Assembly: GCF_036365525.1 (NCBI RefSeq)
Contig: NC_090387.1
Location: forward strand, 76,569,300-76,633,299
DNA from: Heterodontus francisci
Taxonomy: Eukaryota
Direction: 5' to 3'
Length of the DNA: 64,000 bases
This document shows, piece by piece, positions 25,206 to 39,055 of the stretch. A model generated the notes under the pieces. It worked only from the letters and a program-made list of their open reading frames with translations, did no database searches and was not told the origin of the DNA. A program made the position numbers and the translations under genes. Position 1 is the stretch's first letter. Each line of letters begins with the position of its first letter.

Positions 25206-25955
25206 GTAAATAAACCTGAACACTAGTTTAAGCTGTTGAGTATTGTGAATATTTCCACTTTTTGAGTTGATGGAAAATGGAGTGGGCATCCTGTTGTTCT
25301 CCAGTAAGCAGTTTACAATGATCATTCGTTAACTGTTAGGCCAGGTTTATGTACTAGTGGCTAGTTCCAGTTTCTAAGTTATTTTCTGCTTGTGAAAACT
25401 TTGAAACGCTTGCATGAGAAATAGGTGCTGTGTCATTGCCTTAGTGCTAAATTAGAAAAGTCTGGTTGGATCTTTGCATGAAATAGCTGTCGTGCACCTT
25501 GTGGTGCCTGTCTCATGTCACATTAAACCTTTTAGTGTTTGAGTTGCTATAGCTTCTCGTATACTATATTACATCATACATGTACAGAACATAGCTTTGA
25601 GACATGAACTGCACTGTATTGGGAGCACATTATTCCCTTTTACCTGGTGTGTCCTGTAAATAGTGAAGAAATGGCACCATGACATATACTATTATAGTCT
25701 TATATTGGAGTGACATTGCCTTTTACCTAATGTCTAACTGTACATGCAAAGGAGCTGACACTGAGATGTATGCGAGCCATACAACTGTGTAATATGTGTT
25801 TAGTTGATACCAATAAATATGTGAGCTACACAGTATTAGATTGATCAAGTGGTTTGTTTTTCTACCAGCAATGTGCCATACAAATGGAATTGCCAATAAC
25901 ATGTTGGCACCCAGGAGTATAACCATAACACCCATATTTTCTTCTACTTGTGCAG

Positions 25956-26035
25956 AAAGCAAAGTTTCAGATGGTGTGTGAGGCTTTACACAGCCCAGAG
26001 ATTAAATGGAAGAGAAGAGGACCTGCCAACAAGAG
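25956..26035 (+). CDS. OGFOD1: OGFOD1 exon 9
   Basis: KAKFQMVCEALHSPEIKWKRRGPANKR; gtgcag acceptor, AG|GTAGGT donor. Confidence 0.95.
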
Positions 26036-27399
26036 GTAGGTGGATCAGAACTCTGAGAACATTGATGCTAATGGATATTCGAGCCGCAGAGTGATTAAAG
26101 GCATAATTAACCAGTAGCATATATTGTGAAGAAGCATCTACAAAAAAGATGCAGCAGGAAATTGCTGTAACCTTACATCATGCTTAAAAAAAAAATCCAA
26201 GAGATCTAAACCTGGAACAGAAGAGAATGGCAATGTCGCAACAACTTCTTGTTTTGGGAAAACAAAACTTTATTGGTTTCACTGTAATATATAAAAAAAT
26301 TAACCTTTATTCAATTTCTCTGTCATACGCTTGCTCTTCCACATACAAAGAGGGTGGGCTTTATAACCTGCTCACAGGACTTGCCAGCATGTTTATAGGT
26401 CTGTACAATGGGCCTGCCTTTGACTCTCTTTCTAATTTTTCATTACCCGCAACAATATGGATGATGGGCTCTGTACAGTTGTTCAATTGAGCATGTTTTG
26501 CTCAGTGGTACTATGTATTGTTGCAGTAACACAATGTGCTTTCCTCCAAAAAACATTTTGGGCTGCATTTTCTGATCATCATCTTGGCATCATGGGAGCA
26601 GAAGACCAGGGGGCAAGGCTGGCAAGGACAATTAGGCTGCCAGCTGCCCATAACGATGGCAGCAGCTGGCAATGTGGGCAGACTGTCAAAATTTGGGCCC
26701 AGTGGCGATGAGGGGCAACATCCTCTGAAGGAAGGGTTGAGCCCCAGGCATCAGGAGGGCAGGGGAAAGGAATGAGATGCAGGGAAGACAGGGAGGCCGT
26801 ACCCTCAGCTTAGGATCTATCGCCGAAGAAGGAGCTACCTGGAGATGACTGAGACCCAGTGCCACAGGAGACTGCCACACAGACATCTGTTCCCTTGTTG
26901 CCGAAGACCTGCTCAGTATTGATCACCATGCCCTGCCAGTAGTTGTCAAAGTCACTGGGGCCTTGAACTTCGAAGCAGATAATCATAGAAAGTGTACAGC
27001 ATAGAAAGAGACCACTTGGCCCATCGTGTCTTTGCTGGCAAAAAAAAAACAAGAGCCATCCAGCCTAATCCTACTTTCCAGCATTTGGTCCGCAGCCCTG
27101 CAGGTTATGGCACTTTTGGTGCACAACCAGGCACCTTTTAAGGGAACTGAGGTTTTCTGCCTCTACCACCCTTTTTAGGCAGTGAGTTCCAAACCTCCAC
27201 CACCCTCTGGATGAGGTGCGGTTCAAGAAGGCAGCTCACCACCACCACCTCATGAGAAATTAGGGATGAACAATAAATGCTGGCCTGGCCAGCGATGTCC
27301 ACATCACGTGAAATGAATTTTAAAAAAAATGAGTGATAGCCTTGGAGAGCAGAAACCTCTGCAGTGCTGTGGCTTCCCAATGCAACTTGGTGTTCAGCA

Positions 27400-30300
27400 G
27401 GGGAATTGGGAAAACACTCCGCTGGTTGGAGTCCTATCTAGCACAAAGAAAGATGTTTGTGGTTGTTGGAGGTCATCTCAGCTCTAGGACATCGCTGCAG
27501 GAGTTCATCAGGGTAGTATCCTCGGCCCAACAGTCTTTAACTGCTACATTAATGACCTTCCCTCCATCATAAGGTCAGAAGTGGGGATGCTCGCTGATTG
27601 CACAGTGTTCAGAACCATTTGCGACTCCTCGGGTATTGAAGCAGTCCATGTCGATGCGCAACAAGACCTGGACAACATTCAGACTTGGGTGATAAGTGGC
27701 AGGTAGCATTAGTGCCACTCAAGTGCCAAGTAATTTTTTTTTATTTGTTCATGGGATGTGGACGTCGCTGGCTAGGTCAACATTCATTGCCCACCCCTAA
27801 TTGCCCTTGAGAAGGTGGTGGTGAGCTGCCTTCTTGAACCGCTGTCGTCCATGTGGCGTAGGTACACCAACAGTGTTGTTAGGAATGGAGTTCCAGGATT
27901 TTGACCCAGTGAAGTGAAGGAACAGCGATATAGTTCCAAGTCAATAAGGTGTGTGGCTTGGAGGGGAACTTGCAGCTTGTGGTGTTCCCATGCAAATGCT
28001 GCCCTTGCCCTTCTAGTTGGTAGAGGTCACAGGTTTGGAAGGTGTTGTTTAAGGTGCCTTTGTGCGTTGCTGCAATAGATCTGGTAGATGGTACACACTG
28101 TTGTCACTGTGCATCAGTGGTGAAGGGAGTGAATGTTTGTGGATGGGGTCCGTCAAGCGGGCTGCTTTGTCCTGGATGGTTGTTGGAGCTGCACCCATCC
28201 AGGTAAGTGGAGAATATTCCATCACACTCCTGACTTGTACCTTGTAGACGGTGGACAGGCTTTGGGAAGCCAGGAGGTGAGTTACTCGCTGCAGGATTCC
28301 TAGCTGCTGACCAGCTCTTGTCGCCATGGTAGTTATATGGCTACTCCAGTTCATTTTCTGGATAATGGGGGATTCAGTGATGGGAGTGCCATTGAATGTC
28401 AAGGGGAGATGGTTAGATTCTCTCTTGTTGGGATGGTCATTGCCTGGCACTTGTGTGGTATGAATGCAACTTGCCACTTGTTGGCCCAAGCTTGGATATT
28501 GTCCAGGTCTTGCTGCATTTCTATATGGACTGCTTCAGTATCTGAGGAGTCGAGAATGGTGCTGAACATTGTGCAATCATCAGTGAACATCCCCACTTCT
28601 GACCTTATGATTGGAGGAAGGTCATTGATAAAGCAGCTGAAGATGGTTGGGCCTAGGACACCACCCTGAGGAATTCCTGCAGTGATGTCCTGGAGCTGAG
28701 ATGATAGACCTCCAACAACCACAACCATCTTCCTTTGAGCTAGGTATGACTCCAATCAGTGGAGAGTTTTCCCCCTGATTTCCATTGACTTCAGTTTTGC
28801 TAGGGCTGCTTGATGCCATACTTTGTCAAATGCTGCCTTGATGTCAAGAGCAGTCAGTCTCAGCTCACCTCTGGAGTTCAGCTCCTTTTGTCCATGTTTG
28901 AACCAAGGCTGTAATGAGTTCAGGAGCTGAGTGGCCCTGGCGGAACCCAAACTGAGCATCACTGAGCAGGTTATTGCTAAGCAAGTGCCACATGATAGCA
29001 CTGTTGATGGCACCTTCCATCACTTTACTGATGATTGAGAGTAGACTGATGGGGCAGTAATTGGCTGGGTTGGATTTGTCCTGCTTTTTGTGTATGTGAC
29101 ACACCTGGGCAATTTTGCACAATGCCGGGGAGATGCTAGTGTTGTAGCTGTACTGGAAGAGCTTGGCTAGGGCGCGGCAAGTTCTGGAGCACAGGTCTTC
29201 AGTACTATTGCCGGAATGTTGTCGGGGCCCATAGCCTCCGCAGCATTCAGTGTCTTCAGTCATTTCTTGATATCACGTGGAGTGAATGGAATTGGCTGAA
29301 GACTGGCATCTGTAATGCTGGGGAGTTCAGGAGGAGGCGGAGATGGATCATCAACTCGGCACTTCTGGCTGTAGATTGTTGCAGATGCTTCAGCCTTATC
29401 TTTTGCACTGATGTGCTGGGCTCCCCTATCATTGAGGATGGGGATATTTGTGGAGCCACCTCCTCAAGTTAGTTGTTTAATTGTCCACCACCATTCATGA
29501 CTGGATGTGGCAGGACTGCGGAGCTTAGATCTGATCCGTTGGTTATGGGATCGCTTAGCTCTCTCTATCGCATGCTGCTTACGCAGTTTGGTATGCAAGT
29601 AGTCCTGTGTTGTAGCTTCATCAGGTTGACACCTCATTTTGAGGTATGCCTGGTGCGGCTCCTGGCTTGCCCACCTGCATTCTTCATTGAACCAGGGTTG
29701 GTCCCGTGGCATGATGGTAATGGTAGAGTGGGGCATATGCCGGGCCATGAGGTTACAGATTGTAGTGAGTACAATTCTGCTGCAGCTGTTGGCCCACAGC
29801 GCCTCAGTTTTGCATTGCTAGATCTGTTCTGACCATTTCCAACAAGTGAGAATCTAACCATCTCCCCTTCACATTCAACGGCATTACTTTCGCTGAATCT
29901 CCTAACATCAACACACTGGAGGTTACCATTGACTAGAAACTTAACTGGACCAGCCATATAAATACTGTGGCTACAAGAGCTGGTCAGAGGTTGGGAATTC
30001 TGTGGCGCGTAACTCACTTCTTGACTCCCTAAAGCATGTCCACCATGGTTTTTCTTTCTTCTTTCAGACCCTTAGAAAATAGGCGACAGGTTTAGATTTA
30101 GGATCTGGATCGGCGCAGGCTTGGAGGGCCAAAGGGCATGTTCCTGTGCTGTAATTTTCTTTGTTCTTTGTTCTACAAGGTACAAGTCAGGAATGTGATG
30201 GAATACTCTTCGCTTTGCTGGATGAGTGCAACTGCAACACCATTCAGGAAGCTCGACACCATCCAGGACAAAGCAGCCCTCTTGATCAGCACCCCATTCA

Positions 30301-30710
30301 CCACCTTAAACATTTACTCGATCTACCACCGGTGCACAGTGGCAGCAGTGTGTACCATCTACAAGATTCACTGCAGCAACTGGCCAAGCCTTCTTCGACA
30401 CCATCTTCCAAACCCGTGATCTCTACCACCTAGAAGGACAAGGGCAGCAGACACATGGGAACACCACCACTGCAAGTTCCTTTCCAAGTCCCAAACCATC
30501 CTGACTTTGACCTATATCACTGTTCCTTCACTGTTGTTGGGTCAAAAATCTGGACCTGCCTCCCTGAACAGCACTGTGAATGCACGTACAGCAGGTGGAC
30601 TGCAGCAGTTCAAGAAGGCTCACTGCCACCTTCTCGAGGACAACTAGGGATGGGCCACAATGCTAACCTTGCCAGCAACACTCACATCCCAAGAATGAAT
30701 TAAAAATAAA
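27400..30710. mobile_element. Nested cluster of the same LINE family: + copy (27400-27731, 29831-30710) split by a - copy (27732-29830)
   Basis: Minus ORFs GIPQGGVLGP, MFTDD, QFGFRQGHSAP; + copy resumes CAAGTGCCAAGTAA|TGACCATTTCCAACAAG. Confidence 0.88.
30065..30173 (+). mobile_element. Severely truncated HER1-type CR1 3' end
   Basis: Near-identical to 7633-7738; interrupts another LINE at ...GTCCACCAT|CTACAAGG. Confidence 0.88.
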
Positions 30711-31319
30711 ATGAGCACATTGCTCTCTATTTATCCCTTCATCTATCTTTTAATAAAAGAAAATCCTATCTCTCTGTGAATATATGGCTGCATCATATCA
30801 TGTTAAAGTTCTTTGGGCCTTGTCATTTGATCTGTGATAGGCGTGTGGTATTGTAGGTTATGTGATTAACAGTGACCACTCACAATGATAGCCATGCAAA
30901 CGGTGTCCATTTTTGATCTTACGCCAGCATTTCTGCTCCCATCTGACTGAAGACAGCTTTCCTCTGTCATCTCCCAGCCTGATTCTGCCTCCCTCCCTGT
31001 CATAGTCTGTTACACTTCTGGTCTGACTGCCATCTTACGCCCATCTGATTGGACTTCAGCTGGAAGCCCCCCTTTGGCCTGCTTCTGCCTCAGTATACAT
31101 GACATATCCTGCTGATGTTGAAGTATGTGACGGATTCTTTTAGTATCGAGACATGTGAGAAGCCTGATTGATGTTGAAGTATGTTGCAGACTTTCGAGAT
31201 ATGACTGGTCTCACTATACAACGAATATAAATGACAAACCTTGTTAATGTTGAGGTATCTGGCCCTTTTATTTCACAGGTATGTGACCGGTGCTGTGATA
31301 TTACCTCTTTGTTTTATAG

Positions 31320-31609
31320 ATGCTATGATCAAGCGGAGGAAGATGGCCTCCCTGACATTATTACCAAGTGTATGGAGCTGTTTTGTTCTGAGGCCATGTT
31401 CCTGCTTCTATCCAATTTTACTGGCTTAAAACTGCATTTCCTCGCAGCCTCAGATAATGATGGTGAAGATGAGCAAGAGGATGATGTAGATAATTCTGAT
31501 GGTAATGAACACGCATGTTCTAGCAGTGAAAAAGACTGCAAATCTGATTTAACAGATCACGAAGACAGGGAGGGAGAAAAGGCTGGAACAAAGGAAATTG
31601 TGGTGCAAG
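31320..31609 (+). CDS. OGFOD1: OGFOD1 exon 10 (includes acidic variable loop)
   Basis: [55 protein letters not shown]...; ttttatag acceptor, G|GTAAGC donor. Confidence 0.95.
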
Positions 31610-32417
31610 GTAAGCTTCACTGAAAAGCATTCTAAAACTCTAGTATGTGATTAACTGCTATTAGGAGTTCAGAACTAATATTTGAAGCCATTTTGGAAAT
31701 GATATCAGTAAAATAATACATTTCTGCTTTTAGATGTCTGCATGCACAGAATTCTGTGAATTTCAATGAATGGTTCAATTTACATTAGATACATTGTCCC
31801 AGTGACCTAAATGGACGTGCCTGTTGGGAAACTGATGAAATAGGGCATAACACTGATTTTACATCCCGCCCGACATTACTCACCCAAACATCCAAATCTG
31901 CCAATTTTTCGATGGGGGGATTAGTTTAAAATTTCCCCCATTGTTTCAGGTGAAGGCATGGAGAGGTGCTGAGTAGCTACATAGGTGAGGTAAGGCTTTT
32001 AATGGGCCGTGTCTTGGCAACAGACTGAACAAAGATTGAACGATACACAAGATTACGGACCACTGGGTTTGGTCTTAATTTGCAACCAGGGAAGTTGGTA
32101 GAGTTGGAGGCATGCAGATGCTGGCAAGAATCGGATAAGATGACATCAGTCTTGGTAGTGAACTACAGGAAATTTTTCTTGGACTTTAAGTAGCAGGCAG
32201 TGATACAGCACAGCAACATTGTCTTAGTAGCACTGACAGTGTACTGAGACCAAGTAACTTGTGTGTTGATTGGTGAATGTCCCAGGGAAACTAAATAAAA
32301 AAGGAGATAAAATACTATAAATACAAATAACAGGTGGAGTCGATATTTGGCTTTTCACGTACTCAAAATCAATTGGTTAAAGACTGAAAAGAACTTTCAT
32401 TATGTCTGACTTCTCAG

Positions 32418-32543
32418 ATCCTGATCCTGTTTGCCGAGGGGAATTACGACAGTGGAGAAATGGATACTACACGCTTGTCCATGATACCAATGTGGAAAAT
32501 TCAGAGTTTGCCCTGGATCTGCTGTTGTGCTGTGGGTGTGAAG
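32418..32543 (+). CDS. OGFOD1: OGFOD1 exon 11
   Basis: [41 protein letters not shown]; ttctcag acceptor, G|GTAAGT donor. Confidence 0.96.
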
Positions 32544-33339
32544 GTAAGTGTTGATTGTTTTATTCTACCATAAGTGAATTATTAACCTTCTTGTGGAGTT
32601 GTGAAGAATGATCTTGTAAATGTGGTGGGAGACAGAACATAAGTGGCAAAAACAGAGACAAACTGAAATGAAGAGTAAACAGTAGTCTATTTGACTTCTG
32701 TTAAGGTATTGCTGTTCGATGTAGATTTTATAATACATCAGCGGACCAGATACCCAAACTGAAAAGTTACATTTTATTTTGGTTTAACCTGCATATTTTC
32801 CTTGGGTTTAGCGAGACTGGTTGTTTCTATATGCAGACGTTGTATCCTTTATGAATCAGATATGCCTGTACATATTCAATATCTGAGTGAACAAAGTGAA
32901 ACTTGGGCTGAAATAAAAACCCTCATCATTGTACTTCATACAGATCATATGTTACATGAGCTCCTTGATTGATGGGAGGGAGATTGTGGCTCAGGCTTTA
33001 AAACAACATTAAGAGGAAAGTGAACACTGCTCAGTCCAGCAGGATATTTACTGTAATTATAATCTGTACTATCCTCAATGTCAAAGCAACAACCATGCTA
33101 ACCCTTAATATAAAATGATACAAACTTAGACTGATGACAGGAAAGTCTTCCTCACGCAGAGTGATCAATGTAGATCATAGGGAAGCAGAGGTGAAAACCC
33201 TGGAATCTTTTGAGAAAAAATTGAATGCTGAAATGGGAGGAATTTAGCATTTTTGGATGGATGTATTAAGATAGACCAAGTGGCCTTCATCATCTGTGAT
33301 CCCAGAATTGCTGGAACTACACATTAGGAAAGACTGCAT

Positions 33340-33745
33340 CAAAAGCAAAATACTGTGCATGCTGGAAATCTGAAATAAAAACAGATAATGCTGGAAATAC
33401 TCAGCAGGTCTGGCAGCATCTGTAGAGAGAGAAATAGAGTTAATGTTTCAGGTCAATGATCTTTCATCAGAACTGGGAAAAGTTAGAAATGAATAGGTCT
33501 TAAGCAAGTGAAAGGGGAGAGGGTGGAAACAGAACAAAGTGGAATGTCTGACAGGGTGGAAGAGAGGAGAGATTGAATGACAAAAGAGCTGGTGGTGAAG
33601 TGTCAAAGGGAGTGGTAATGGGACAAGTAAAAAAACAAAAGATGTGTCCAGAGGAAGTGTGAATGGCAGAACGATGAACAGCTGCCATCCAAAAGCAAGA
33701 GAAAAATGAGAGTAAACCAAAACCTGCTAAGAGAAAGGAAACGAA
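33340..33745 (-). mobile_element. Penelope-like pLTR fragment with degenerate hammerhead (33438-33474)
   Basis: Reverse complement similar to 650-1040, incl. CAGTTCTGATGAAAGATCATTGACCTGAAACATTAACT. Confidence 0.85.
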
Positions 33746-34222
33746 ATAAGGAAAGAGATTACCCTGGGCGCACACTTCTCCCATGTTTAGTAGTGGCATG
33801 CACCCTCAGGCTACTTAGTGGGTGTGTCTGCTGGTGGCTGCAGAGCTGGAGACCTGTCATCTGTGTGCTGCACTGCACACACCTTGCCAGAATGAAGAAA
33901 GTCATTAGACTTCTTTCAATGCTGCACCCAGGTCTTCCTAATGACACTGTGGCTGTTTACATACTCTGCCACCTCCAGCCAGACATGCTTAGTTTGACTG
34001 AGTGACCCTCTCCTGCAACCCTCCAGGAACCAGACCCTTTTCACCTTTCACGCACAGCCTCCAACATGACCTCAAGGGTTGCATTGCTAAACCCTGGGGC
34101 AGCCATGCCATGAATGCCTGGCCTCAGCCTTTCCTCCTGCTGACTTCTGCCTTTAATTGAATTGCAAGATGGCTGCCATCATGCCTTTAAATCGGGTCTG
34201 CATTTTCAGACTGCCACTTACA

Positions 34223-35350
34223 AAAGGTGAAGTCACACGGGATCAGAGGTGAGCTGGCAAGATGGATACAGAACTGGCTCCATCAGAGAAGACAGAGGGT
34301 ATCGGTGGAAGGGTGCTTTTCTGAATGGAGGGCGGTGACTAGTGGTGTTCCGCCGGAATCAGTGCTGGGACCTTTGCTGTTTGTAGTATATATAAATGAT
34401 TTGGAGGAAAATGTAGCTGGTCTGATTAGTAAGTTTGCGGACGACACAAAGGTTGGAGGAGTTGCGGATAGTGATGAGGATTGTCAGAGGATGCAGCAGG
34501 ATATAGATCGGTTGGAGACTTGGGCGGAGGAGAAATGGCAGATGGAGTTTAATGCGGACAAATGTGAGGTAATGCATTTGGAAAATCTAATACAGGTGGG
34601 AAGTATACAGTAAATGGCAGAATCTTTAGGAGTATTGACAGGCAGAGAGATCTGGGTGTACAGGTCCACAGGTCACTGAAAGTGGCAACACATGTGGATA
34701 AGGTAGTCAAGAAGGCATACGGCATGCTTGCCTTCATCGGTTGGGGCATAGAGTATTAAAATTGGCAAGTCATGCTGCAGCTGTACAGAACCTCAGTTAG
34801 GCTACACTTAGAATATTGCGTGCAATTCTGGTCGCCACACTACCAGAAAGACATGCAGCTTTGGAGAGGGTACAGAAGAGGTTTACCAGGATGTTGCCTG
34901 GTCTGGAGGGCATTAGCTATGAGGAGAGGTTGGATAAACTCTGATTGTTTTCACTGGAACGACGGAGGTGGAGGGGCGACATGATAGACATTTACAAAGT
35001 TATGAGTGGCATGGACAGAATGGATAGTCAGAAGCTTTTTCCCAGGGTGGAAGAGTCAGTTACTAGGGGACATAGGTTTAAGGTGCGAGGGGCAAAGTTT
35101 AGAGGGGATGTGCGAGGCAAGTTCTTTACACAGGGTGGTGAGTGCCTGGAACTTGCTGCCGGGGGAGGTGATGGAAGCAGGTACGATAGCAACGTTTAAG
35201 AGGCATGTTGACAAATACATGAATAGGATGGGAGTAGAGGGATACGGACCCCGGAAGTGCAGAAGGTTTTAGTTTAGGCAGGCATCAATATCGGCGCAGG
35301 CTTGGAGGGCCGAATGGCCTTTTCCTGTGCTGTACTGTTCTTTGTTCTTT
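34223..35350 (+). mobile_element. CR1 (HER1-related) LINE 3' fragment, frameshifted
   Basis: GVPPESVLGP, KFADD, LEYCVQFWSPHY; same type of 3' tail. Confidence 0.92.
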
Positions 35351-36075
35351 GATAAGTGGCAAGTAGCATTCGTGCCACACAAATGCCAGGCAATGACCGT
35401 CTCCAACAAGAGAGAATATATCCATCTTCCTTTGACATTCAATGGCAATACAATCGCTGAATTCCCCCACTGTCAACATCCTGAGGGTTACCATTGACCA
35501 GAAACTAAACTGGAGTAGCCATATAAATACCATGGCTACAAGAGCAGGTCAGAGGCTAGGAATCCTGTGGTGTGTAACTCATCTCCTGACTCCCCAAAGC
35601 CTGTCCAGCATCTACAAGGCACAAGTCAGGAGTGTGATGGAATACTCTCCACTTGCCTGGATGGTTGCAGCTCTAACAACATTCAAGAAGCTCGATACCA
35701 TCCAGGACAAAGCAGCCCACTTGATTGGCACCCCATCCACAAACATTCACTCCCTCCACCACCAACGCACAGTGGCAGCAGTGTGTACCATCTACAAGTT
35801 GCACTCCAGCAACGCACCAAGGCTCCTTAGGCAACACCTTCCAAAACCACAACCTCTACCAACTAGAAGGACAAGGGCTGCATGTTCCTATCCAAGTCAC
35901 ACACCATCCTGACTAGGAACTATATCGCCATTCCTAACAGCACTGTGGGTATACCTACCTCATGTGGACTGCAGCGGTTCAAGAAGGCAGCTCCCCACCA
36001 CCTTCTCGAGGGCAATTAGGGATGGACAATAAATGCTGGCCTAGCCAGCGATGCCCACCTCCCATGAAAGGAAAA
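35351..36075 (+). mobile_element. LINE 3' fragment (same family as 12541-15715)
   Basis: IYKAQVRSVMEYSPLAW...KLDTIQDKA and the family tail. Confidence 0.88.
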
Positions 36076-37444
36076 AAATACTTTTTTTCCCCATTTCATC
36101 ATTTTGGTTGCCCTTTTCTGGTTTCTAAAACGCTCTCAATCCTCAGGCTTACAACTATTCTTTGCAACATTATAAAATTCTTTTAATCAATCACTATCCT
36201 TCACTTCCCTCATACTCCAGGGACAGATCTCTGTTACTGAGTTTTTGTTCTTTAATGGAATGTATTTTTTCTGAACATTTAGAATTGTTGCTTTAAATGT
36301 TTCTCACTGTTTATTTACTGATATCCCTTTAACTCTATTTACCCAGTTAACCTTAGCCAGCTCTTCCCTCATCCCTATGCAATTGGCTTTAAGATTCTTG
36401 TTTGGGACTGGAGTATGTTGCTTCCAAACTTAATATGGAATTCAGTTGTATTATGATCACTTTTTCCCCAGGCGATCTTTTACAATGAGATTATTAATTA
36501 ATCCTGCCTCATTGCACAATACTAGATCTAAAAAAGCTTTATCCCTAGTTGGTTCCACAATGTATTATTGTGGGAAACTGCACTGAGTTGGGTTTGAAGT
36601 GACTGTCTTCACTGGGTGATTTGCTCAGTTGTGCCACAGGTAGTGGCAGAGAGCAGCCTATTGAAAGAGGAGGAAATAATTCTCAGAGCCTATCTTGCCT
36701 TCTCAAAACAATCATGCTGCCTAATAATTATAGGATTGCATTGTTTGAAAACCAAATGGCTGTCCTTCTATCTGGGGCTAGATTTTCAAATCCCAGTGAG
36801 TGCAGAAGTAAGTGCACGTGCGATTTGAAGATTGCATTCTTGGAGGCCAACACTGGCTCTCGCCACCTCTGGAACACACAGCAGTTTTTAAAGGAATGCA
36901 GGGAGGGAGGGAACGGGAAGTATGGCCGCCTTCTGAAAATTGGCAGTTGAGCTCATTGTGGAGCTCATTGAAAGGCTTGGCGGGAGCAATTTGTAATTTA
37001 TAATTGGGGTACATAGGAACATGGCAGGGTTTAGAAATCGTAAACTCTGTGAAGGTCCAAGAGGGGTATTGGGATAATCTAACATATTATGGAAGCCTAG
37101 AATAAAGCTTAGCTGCTTGAAAATTGCCACAGAGTAGTCATTTCTGGAGCTGAAAGATTTGCATTCAGCAGTGATGAGTGATAGAAATCTGGAGAGGGAC
37201 ATGAGGCCACTGGCATCACTTGGGCACCTGGGGTTGGCAGGGGAAGACCTCGTGCGTGAATGTGCACCAGCTGAGGGAGTTCAGATGGGAACAGGTTACT
37301 CTGACATTGGACAGAGCAGCCAGGATGGCCTTCAGCAGATGTTTCCTCCTGGACAGGAGGAGGTCCAAGGAGCATAGTGGGGGGCTGTAAGGGGAAGAAG
37401 GTGCTACCCGAGACATCAGGTTTACTGCCCAAAAGTCATGAGCA

Positions 37445-38015
37445 GTGAGTAACCTACCTCCTGTCTCCCCAAACCCTGCCCACCATCTACAAGTCAGGAG
37501 TGTGATGGAATATTTTCCAATTTCCTGGATGACTGCAATTCCAACAACACTCGGGAAGCTCGACACCATCCAGGACAAAGAAGCCCCCTTGATCAGCACC
37601 CCCATCCATCACGTTAAACTTTCCCTCCCTCCCACCACCAACACAGGGCAGCAGTGTTACCATATACAAGGCGCACTGCAGCAACTCACCACGCCTCCTT
37701 CAACAGCACCTTCCAAACCCATGTTCTCTTCCACGTAGAGGTTCAAGGCAGGAGACGCATGGAAGCACCACCACCTGCAAGTTCCCTGCAAGCCACACAC
37801 CGTCCTGACTTGGAACTATATCGCCATTCCTTAACTGTCGCTGGTTCAAAATCCTGGAACTCCCTCCCTAATGGCACTGTTGGCGTACCTATATCAGATG
37901 GACTGCAGCGTTCAAGAAGGCGGCTCCCCATCATCTCTCAAGGGCAATTAGGGATGGGCAAACAAATGCTGGTTTAGCCTGTGATGACCATATCCCACGA
38001 AACGAATAGAAAAAA
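37445..38015 (+). mobile_element. LINE 3' fragment inserted within the Harbinger element
   Basis: QVRSVMEYFPISW...KLDTIQDK, family tail, A-run. Confidence 0.85.
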
Positions 38016-38019
38016 AACC

Positions 38020-39055
38020 CTGCAAATGACGGAACACCAGCGTTGGAGGAGGATGTGCCTATCCAGGCAGATGGCCTCTGACATTTGTGCTCTAATCCAC
38101 AATGACCTGAGGCCTCGTGGCCCCCCGGCAGTCCCTTACCTGCAGCTGTCAAGGTCACCGATGCCCTGAATTTCTGTGCAGCTGGGTTCTTCCAGAGATC
38201 AGCTGCAGACCTTGGTGGCATCTCGTAGTCAGCAGCTCATCACACCGTCAGGCAAGTCACAGATGCCATATTCTGGAGGGCGAGGGACTAGATGGGCCAA
38301 TTCAGACCCAGAGGGCATTGGGCTTTGCCACCATTGATGGATTTCCCCCAGGTTCAGGGGGTCATTGATTGCACCCATGTAGCCATCAAGGCACCGACAC
38401 ACCAGCCAGTTAGATTCCTGAACAGAAAATGCTGTTGAATGTCCAGCTGGTTTGTGACCACAGGAAGTGAATCTTGCAGGTCTGTGCCCGGTTCCTGGTC
38501 AGTTGTCATAATTCTTTTATCATGCAGGAGTCCCGGGTGCTGCAGCTCTTGAGCCCCATATCCACACTCAGTGGGTGGCTGCTGGGAATTAAGAGTTATC
38601 CCCTAAAGAGATGGCTCCAGTTGCCCATCTGCTGCCCAGACATGGATGGAGAGAGGTGCTATACCACCAGAGCCATCTACTTACACGGACCTGCATTGAA
38701 AAGACCATTGGCATTTTGAAGATGCGCTTCCATGGCTTGACTGGTCAGGTGGTACCCTTCAGTATGAGCCAGCCAGAGTGTCTCTGATTGTGGATGTTTG
38801 CTGCACCCTGCATGACATGACAATACAACAAGGCCTGGAGATGGATGAAGAGGAGGACCTGGAGTGCCACTCCTCCTCAGAGGAGGACTAGGAGAGGATG
38901 AAGACTTGGAGGAAAAGGTGGAGTTAGGATTTTCTCAAGAGGTAGCTGGTGACCAGGCAGCGGAGGATTCCCAGCCGTGCCGTCCCAGACCTCAGGGTGA
39001 ACAGCAGGCTGACCTGGTCACAAGGGCTATGCTGATTCAGCAGCATTTCACATGA
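38020..39055 (+). pseudogene. Harbinger DDE transposase (HARBI1-like) remnant
   Basis: Across frameshifts: ALNFCAAGFFQ, GFPQVQGVIDCTHVAIKAP, NVQLVCDH, CARFLVSCHNSFI, GWLLGIKSYPL, IEKTIGILKMRF, LQYEPARV, CCTLHD, acidic tail. Confidence 0.88.
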
